NCBI RefSeq assembly: GCF_009914755.1
Contig: NC_060943.1
Direction: 5' to 3' (one strand)
From: the human T2T-CHM13v2.0 reference genome, Homo sapiens
Length of the DNA: 64,000 bases
Both the position numbers and the translations under genes were made by a program. Within the stretch, counting starts at the first letter, position 1. Each line of letters starts with the position of its first letter. Positions 56,853 through 64,000 of the stretch are shown piece by piece. The notes under the pieces were generated by a model. It was given only the letters and a program-made list of their open reading frames with translations. It searched no databases and was not told the origin of the DNA.

Positions 56853-58343
56853 GCCAGGATGAAGTGGCTGTTCCTGGGGTGGAGACCCTTCTTTCTCTTG
56901 AGAATGTTCATTGCTGTTGACTCATTGTGGGTTTTGGAGATATTTTCTCTCTTTCTTTCGTTCTTTCAGACATTTATTGCTTTCTCCCTCCCTCGATCCT
57001 AACCCCCCTCCATCCCCCCCCTCACTCCCTCCCTCATTGTTTCCATCCTTCCTCCCTCCCTTCCATCTTTCCTTCCTTCCTGCCTTCTTCCCTTCCCCTT
57101 CCCCTCTTCCTTCTGTCCTTCCTTCCTGTGTGTAAAAGAAAAATTGGTGAATAGAAGAATAATTGAATAACTGCCTGAGTCACTTACACATTTCTCATCT
57201 CACTCTGGGGACACAGAAGACCGTGTTGTCCTCATCTCCTCGATTTTAAAAGCAGTCATTCTAAAATCAAGGATTCTAGATGAATCACTTCTAGGCGAAA
57301 TCTTGAAAGAAAATGTGTAAGAGTTTCATGTGCTCTTCATCTCTATGATCACAATTGAAGAAGGCAGGAGGTTGAGATGCTGCATCGCCAAGATCGTGGT
57401 GATTCCATTATCATTACCCTTGTAACTTGTGAGCATCCTTACTGCCAGCAATCATTATTAGATATGGAATCTGGTATAGGAGTTCATATTTACTGTATGA
57501 ATATCTTGGTGTGGGAGTGTTGGCTCATGCCTGTAATCCCAGTGCTTTGGGAGGCAGAGGCAGGAGTCTCGCTTGAACCCAGGAGTTCGAGACAAGCCGG
57601 AAGAGCATGGCTAGACCCTCGTCTCTACAAAAATGTAAAAATCAGCCAAGTGTGCTGGTAGGTGCCTGTAGTCTCAGCTCCTTAGGAGGCTGAAGTGTTA
57701 GGATCGCTTTCGCCCGGGATGTAATGGCTACAGGGAGTCGAGATCTTGCCACTGAACTTCAGCCTGGGCAACAGAGCAAGACTCTCTCTCAAAAATAAAA
57801 TGCTTTTTCCTTTAGGCTTAAATTCTAACACTCAAACCTCCAAAGCGGAGGTATTAGGAGGTGGGGCCCTTGGGAGATGATGAGATTATGAAAGTGGAAC
57901 CCTCGTAAATGGGATTAGTGCCCTTCTGAAAGTGACGGAAGAGAGCTCGCCAGCACCTTCCATGTGGGGAGACAGGGAGGATATGACAGTCTCCAACCTG
58001 GAAGAGGGTCCTCACCAGACCCCGATCATGCTGGCACTCTCATCGTGGACTTCCGGCCTCCAGAACTCTGATCAACAAATGTGTGTTCTTAAAGAAAAAA
58101 AAAGTGTGGAAAGCAATGTTAATGTTCCCAATCACTTTGAGTACATTCTTTCCTTAACTATGTCTTAATGCATAGTTGTGTTGGATGGCCTAGTTTGTAA
58201 TGTTAGAATATGCATGTTAGTGAATTAATAAATACAGCAGTAAAGAATAGAGTTGTGGTTGGGAATGGTGTCTCACGCCTGTAATCCCAGCACAATGGCA
58301 TGCCGAGGCGGGTCAATCACCTGTAGTCGGGAGGTGGAGATCA

Positions 58344-58523
<180 letters not shown>

Positions 58524-61094
58524 CTAAATTCTATAGCAAAAAATTAAAAAAAAAAAAAAGAAGGCTGTTTGTTGACCATTTGAGTGGCCAGTCTTGGTGC
58601 TTCCTGGTGGGCGAGGAGAGCCCTGCCCCATTCCTACCCATTCCAGTAGTCATGGCATAAGAGTGATTCTCACTTTCTGCTATAGCCTCCTTATCCATTG
58701 GCTGAAATGATTGTTTTTTAATGTGTCTTATAAATGCTTCCATAGCAAAAAAAATTGAATTGACTTTTATAGGGACTCTTTCGGGGATTGTTACCCATCA
58801 TTCCATAATTTGTTTGTACTCCTAGAAAAGGGAAGTATGCCGAGCACAGTGGATATTTCGTCTCAAATAATAAATAAATAACCAAATAGAAAAGAAAGAA
58901 AAGGAAGTAAAGGGAAATATACAAATATACAAGGTGTTAGGAGAGAGTTGCTAATCGTGATTCCCCCTTAATTGTCCAAACAGACCACCTCTGGGGATCT
59001 ATTCGTAAAAGACTCGTTAGAAGTGCAGACTCATGCATTTGAGAATCACTCAGGGAAATCTGAAGATGACCTGTGGTGGGGGTGTAAATGGATACTTAAA
59101 TGTGTCTTGTGATTGTGTGAGAGTGTGACTGTGTGTTTGTGTGTGTGCTGTCATCTGTGGAGTGGGGGATCCTCTTTTGCCTTGAGAAAGCTCATCTCTG
59201 TCCACTTACTCTGGGCTCTACCATCTGTGCCTTGTATCCAGTAGAAATAAAACAGTTTGCGGCAGAAATGGAGTTTTATTTTATTTTACTTTACTTTTTA
59301 TTAGGATTATTTGTAGACCGGGTCTCACTCTGTCACTCAGGCGGGAGTTCAACGGCACGATCTCAGATCACTGCAACCTGTGCCTCCTGCACTGAAGCCA
59401 TCTTCCCACCTCAGCCTCTGGAGTGGGGAGATCCCACACCTGTGTAATTTTTGCATTTTTTCTAGAGATGGGGTTTCCTCATGCTGCCCGGGCTGGTTTC
59501 CAACGCCCGGGCTCAAGTGATCCACCCGCCTCAGCCTCCCAAAGTGCTGGGATTACAGGTGGGAGCTACTGTGCCCGGCCAGAAATGGAGATTTTTGTTC
59601 TTCTTTTGATGAGACGGAACCTCGCACCGTGGCCCAGGCTGGAGTGCAGTGGAGTGACCTCGGCTCACTGCAAGCTCTGCCTCCTGGGGTCATGCCATTC
59701 TCCTGCCTCAGCCTCCCAAAGAGCTGGGACTACAGGCGCCCGACACCACGCCCAGCTAAGGTTTTTGCATTTATTATTTTTTTTTTTGTAGGGACGGGCT
59801 TTCACCGTGTTAGCCAGGACGGTCTCGATCTCCTGCCCTCGTGATGCACCCGCCTGAGCCTCCCGAAGTGCTCGGATTACAGGCATGAGCCACCATGCAC
59901 GGCCCAGAAATGGAGATTTTTGAGCAAACACATTAAAGAAAAGAAACGCAAATAGACGAAACTCATTTTAACATTTTTATTTAACCCAAGGAATACAGAT
60001 ATAATCAACACCAATACAATTGATGTCACAGTGATGACTAAGATACATGCTACAATCCTTCATTCTCAGATGCAAAATCTAGTATGTGTTTTACAGCAAA
60101 CGTCAGTTGGAAACTGAACGTCGATCACACATGCTTGATGTGCATGTCAATTTCATGAGAGTTACAATCTCAGGAGAAGTCTCACATAGCGTAAGAGTCC
60201 AAACATACCTTCAAGTGTTTCGACAAGTTCTTCACTACTCATTCTTAGAACTGAATTTACCAACAACAATCCCAGCCTATTCATTGCTGAACTGCATCCC
60301 ATTGAAAGAATGGGTCACAGTTCCTCTCTCTAGACACTGTGGAACGACATTGAAGGCCCCTCCATCTTTTGGCGATTGTGAGGACAGGTGCTAGAAGCCT
60401 CTGCCCTCAGCCTTGTCCACGTGAGTTCTAATTCCTTTAGAACAACTATCTCAGGGTGGGAAAGATGGTTCCAATGCTAAGTGCCTATTGCATTGATTAT
60501 GAATCAATGAAACTCTTTCTCCCTGGGGGTTGTCCCAGTTGGATTCCAAGCAGCACTGTCAGAGTGTTCCAGCTTCTCCACATGCTCCGCAGCCCTTGGG
60601 ATGGTGAGTGATTGTCACGGTGGCTTCTGGGAGAGCTTCTTGGTTGTGGTTGAAGGTGTATTTGACGTGCATTTCCCCAGGGGAGGGACAGTGAACGCTT
60701 TTTGAAGTGGTTCTTTACATCCCCTTTGAGGAAATGTCTGCTCAAGTCTCTGGCTGGGTTTTGAACAGAATCATTTGTTTGTCCCATTGGAGTTTTGACA
60801 ACTCTGTGTATTCTGAGTATGAGCAGTCCTTGCACGTATATGAGATTTGCAAATATTTTGTGCCCCAATCTCAAGGTTGCTCTTTGATACAAATCAAGAG
60901 CATCTGAGGCAGAGCAAAGGTTCAGGTGAGAGGACGGAGCATTTCTCCACCTCTCCAGCATGCGCAGCATCTCTCTCCTCCGAGATGCCGAGACATGTGT
61001 GCAGGGAGACACCATGAAAAAGCAGGTGTGCTTCATTCTGAATAGAGCGTCTCTGATTCCCGTCTGGTGCCTGAGGGTGCATGGCCCATGAGCC

Positions 61095-63492
61095 TTAGAA
61101 GAGACGTCTTCGGGCCTTGCACGTTGGCCTCCATAGAAACTTGTGGCAAATTCTGGGCTCCGGACTGGGTGATGGAGGTAGAGGTCTGAGGGCAGAGGTG
61201 GGCAGGGGCTCCAGGCCATGGAGATCCAAGTGGAATTCTTCAGGCAGAGCCTGTCTCCAGGGACTAGGCTTGGGCATTTGGGATGAGCCCTGGGGGACGG
61301 CCGCTCTGTAGTCAGGTTTGAGGTAGAGGACACGCCAGGAAGAAGGGCTGACTCCATGCACAAGGTTTGCTGGGGGTCCCATCAGGGGCAGGAAGCCTTG
61401 GGGAGCCTCACCCTCTTCTACTGAAGGCGCCACACACACATTCTCTGCTCTCTGGGCTCTCACAGATCCATTTTCAATGTCAATCTCCCAGACAGTCTCT
61501 GTACTAGTGAGCAGGAGCCAGCGGGCATGGGCAGGGTACAAGAGATCCTTCAGGGACATCAAGAGTTGCTCAGGGACCACCAGGAGCTGCACATTGAGGA
61601 GGCTGAGTCGCAGGGCTCCCTGTGGGTCCAGCCCCAGGAACTCCTGCCCCAGGCGCAGGTGCAGGACCATTCCTGGTTCCAAGACCGCGATGATCATCTT
61701 CCTCTGGGGAAGCTGTGGGCCCTGGGGGAGAAAAGCCGTGGGTCAGTCATTGTCCTCTGAGGGTGGCTCAAACAGGGAGAGAGCAAGGCGGGGAGCTGCC
61801 AGTAACTTCCCCAGGCATAAATGAAACCCCGCAGGGACACCCAGAATTGGCACCTGTATTGACGCCCCTTGGGACGGTGATTTCCTGCAAGTCCCCTAGG
61901 GCCTGGAGCTCAGGCAGACCTGTCTCACCCACGCCCACCTAGGTGGTGTGACCTTACCTGGGGCAGCTCCAGGGGCAGCTGTGCAGGGTGGTGGGGAGCT
62001 GGCTGTACCGGAGCTGGTTCTGCACCTGTGGAGAGAGCAGAGTGTGCAGGTGAAAGCCCTTGTCATGCAGGATGCCCTTGAGGGTTCAAGGTGCCACCGT
62101 GAGAAAGACCAAATACAGAAGAAGCCAGGTACAGGACACCCAGCCACGGAGCTGCAGGAGGAAGCTCCCGACACTCTGGACAGCACAGCTGCTCGCCTCA
62201 TGACGTGACGGGACACTGGCTTGGTAGCAGGGGACTCAGGATGAAAAAGAGAAGATGCCTCACCTGGATGAGGACCCAGCTCCTCCACTTTCTGGCGTTT
62301 TGGGGCATTTGATGGCGTGCCGCTGGAGCTGTAGGACAGAGAGACACAGTCAGATTTCGGGCAGTTCCCTAACGTCCAATTCCCTGAATCCCCACAAATT
62401 CACTCCACTTCCCTGCCTTTCATTCAAGGCCACAGACTCGTCATCCACTTCCTGTGAGACCTGCTCCCAATCTGTCCTAACTCCCAGCTGTTCTTGTTCT
62501 CACCCCATCTACCTGAGCTTCCCTGGGTGAAGAAAAGGCAGGGAAGGAGGGTCGGTGCCCACAGGGAGCAGTTTACCCTTTCAGGAGCTCATGCAGATGA
62601 GAGTTGGAAAACTCTCCTTGGGTGTGAGGAGCTGGAGAAAGATGTTGAGATCCCGGAGAGGTGGCACCTCTGTCTACACAGGTAACAAAGGAATGGGGTC
62701 TTAGGATTCGAATCACAGCAGGAGAAGAGGAAGGAATTTGTCGGGCATGACGGCATGCGCCTGTAATCCCAGCACTTTGGGAGGCCAAGGTCGGAGGATT
62801 GCTTGAGTCCAGGAGTTTGAGAGCAGCCTGGGCAACATGGTGAAAGCTAGTCTCCACTAAAAATACTAAACATTAGTGGGTCATGGTGGTGCATGCCTGT
62901 GGTCTCACCTACTCAGGAGGCTCAGGTGGGAGGATCACCTGCGACTCAGAGGTGGAGCCCGCAGTCAGCTAAAATCACGCCACTGCACTCCAGTGTGGAC
63001 CATCGGAGTGAGACGCTGTCTCAATAAAATAAATCAGTAAATAAGACAAATAGAAAAATTAAAAATGAAAAAAGGAGGAAACTGTTTTATTTTTCCTAGT
63101 AGATCTTGAAACTCTCACATCATGTCCTACAATCTCCCTTCTTGCAGAACACAGAACCCATTCCCTGTGGAGCTGGTTGGGTGGATTGAAAGTGGCCGAC
63201 CTGCCCTGAGATATGTGTGTGGTTGCGATGTAGAAGCCTTCCCAGCACCCTGTGATGACTTACGGGCACCTCACTTCCCTCTGGCCCCAAATTCAAAACA
63301 TCCAATCTCATGGCAGGTTCATGCACCCTTTTCCCTTCCCCTCTCTCCAACACACACCCACACATCCCACAGGCAGGTCACCCCGCAGGCGTCCCCAGCA
63401 CATAGCAAAGCTCACCCGCTCTCTCCTGCGTGGTCGCTCTTGGATTCGGTGCAGGAATCACTGGGGCTTCTTGGGCGCCGGGAACCTTTCAT
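61095..63492 (-). CDS. PRR23D-like protein, copy 9; exons 63492-63416, 62328-62264, 62025-61958, 61721-61095
   Basis: Intact; synonymous CAC>CAT at 61218. Confidence 0.85.
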
Positions 63493-64000
63493 GGTGAAAA
63501 TTTCCAGGGTTCTCCAAGTCAGCCACTGCCAGTGTTTGTCTGTCTCCTGCAAAGATTTCTTCTTGGCTCCCGAATCCTTTAGTTCCTTTGAGAGAGTGGT
63601 GTCAGCCCCAAAGCTGCTCCCGAAGGCTTGGGTTGTGTAGCGACGGGGCTGTGGCCAGCGGCAGGTGGATGAGGCTCTGACAACTGAGCTCTTGGGGGAA
63701 TCTTGTACACTGTCAGCAGGGGGTGGAGCCAGGGCATTTGTCAGCAGGAACTGATGTGATTGGCTGTTCCTGGTATGACAACGGGAGGGGCCCTCATGGA
63801 GGATTGGGGCGTAACTCAATCCATAGATGACCGATCAACAGAACCTGCCTAATCCCATCAAGAGCCAACCTGTTTCCTGTCCCCTCCCATCCTCTAGGTC
63901 TTGCCTAATAATGATAGACACTTTCTGTCATACCCAATTCATCCATCGCTGAAATAGTTTTTCATGTGTGCCTTTTATATTTTCATGCAATAAAAATATG

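Overview
Primate, most likely human, genomic DNA made entirely of a head-to-tail tandem array (macrosatellite/large VNTR) of a ~7.46 kb unit: about 8.6 units, periods 7454-7471 bp, nearly identical. Each unit carries five Alus, a MaLR LTR fragment, a hAT (Charlie5/MER33-like) relic, a (GT)n microsatellite and a CT-rich tract. Main result: every unit also holds an intact, spliced, minus-strand gene with 4 coding exons that the ORF track shows only as fragments. Joining the exons at canonical GT-AG sites gives an 837-nt CDS and a 278-aa proline-rich protein that is colinear with the PRR23D/PRR23 family (DUF2476) as I recall it. All 9 copies keep the ATG, six splice sites and stop, with no frameshift or nonsense change. 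A TATA box lies upstream and an AATAAA downstream. The protein has an NLS-like motif and a C-terminal cyclin-docking-like RRLF. Unit size and content match my recollection of the 19p13.2 VNTR next to ZNF558, but no flanking sequence is in the window, so the locus assignment is unverified. Repeat elements are listed for the first unit only; each recurs in the other units.
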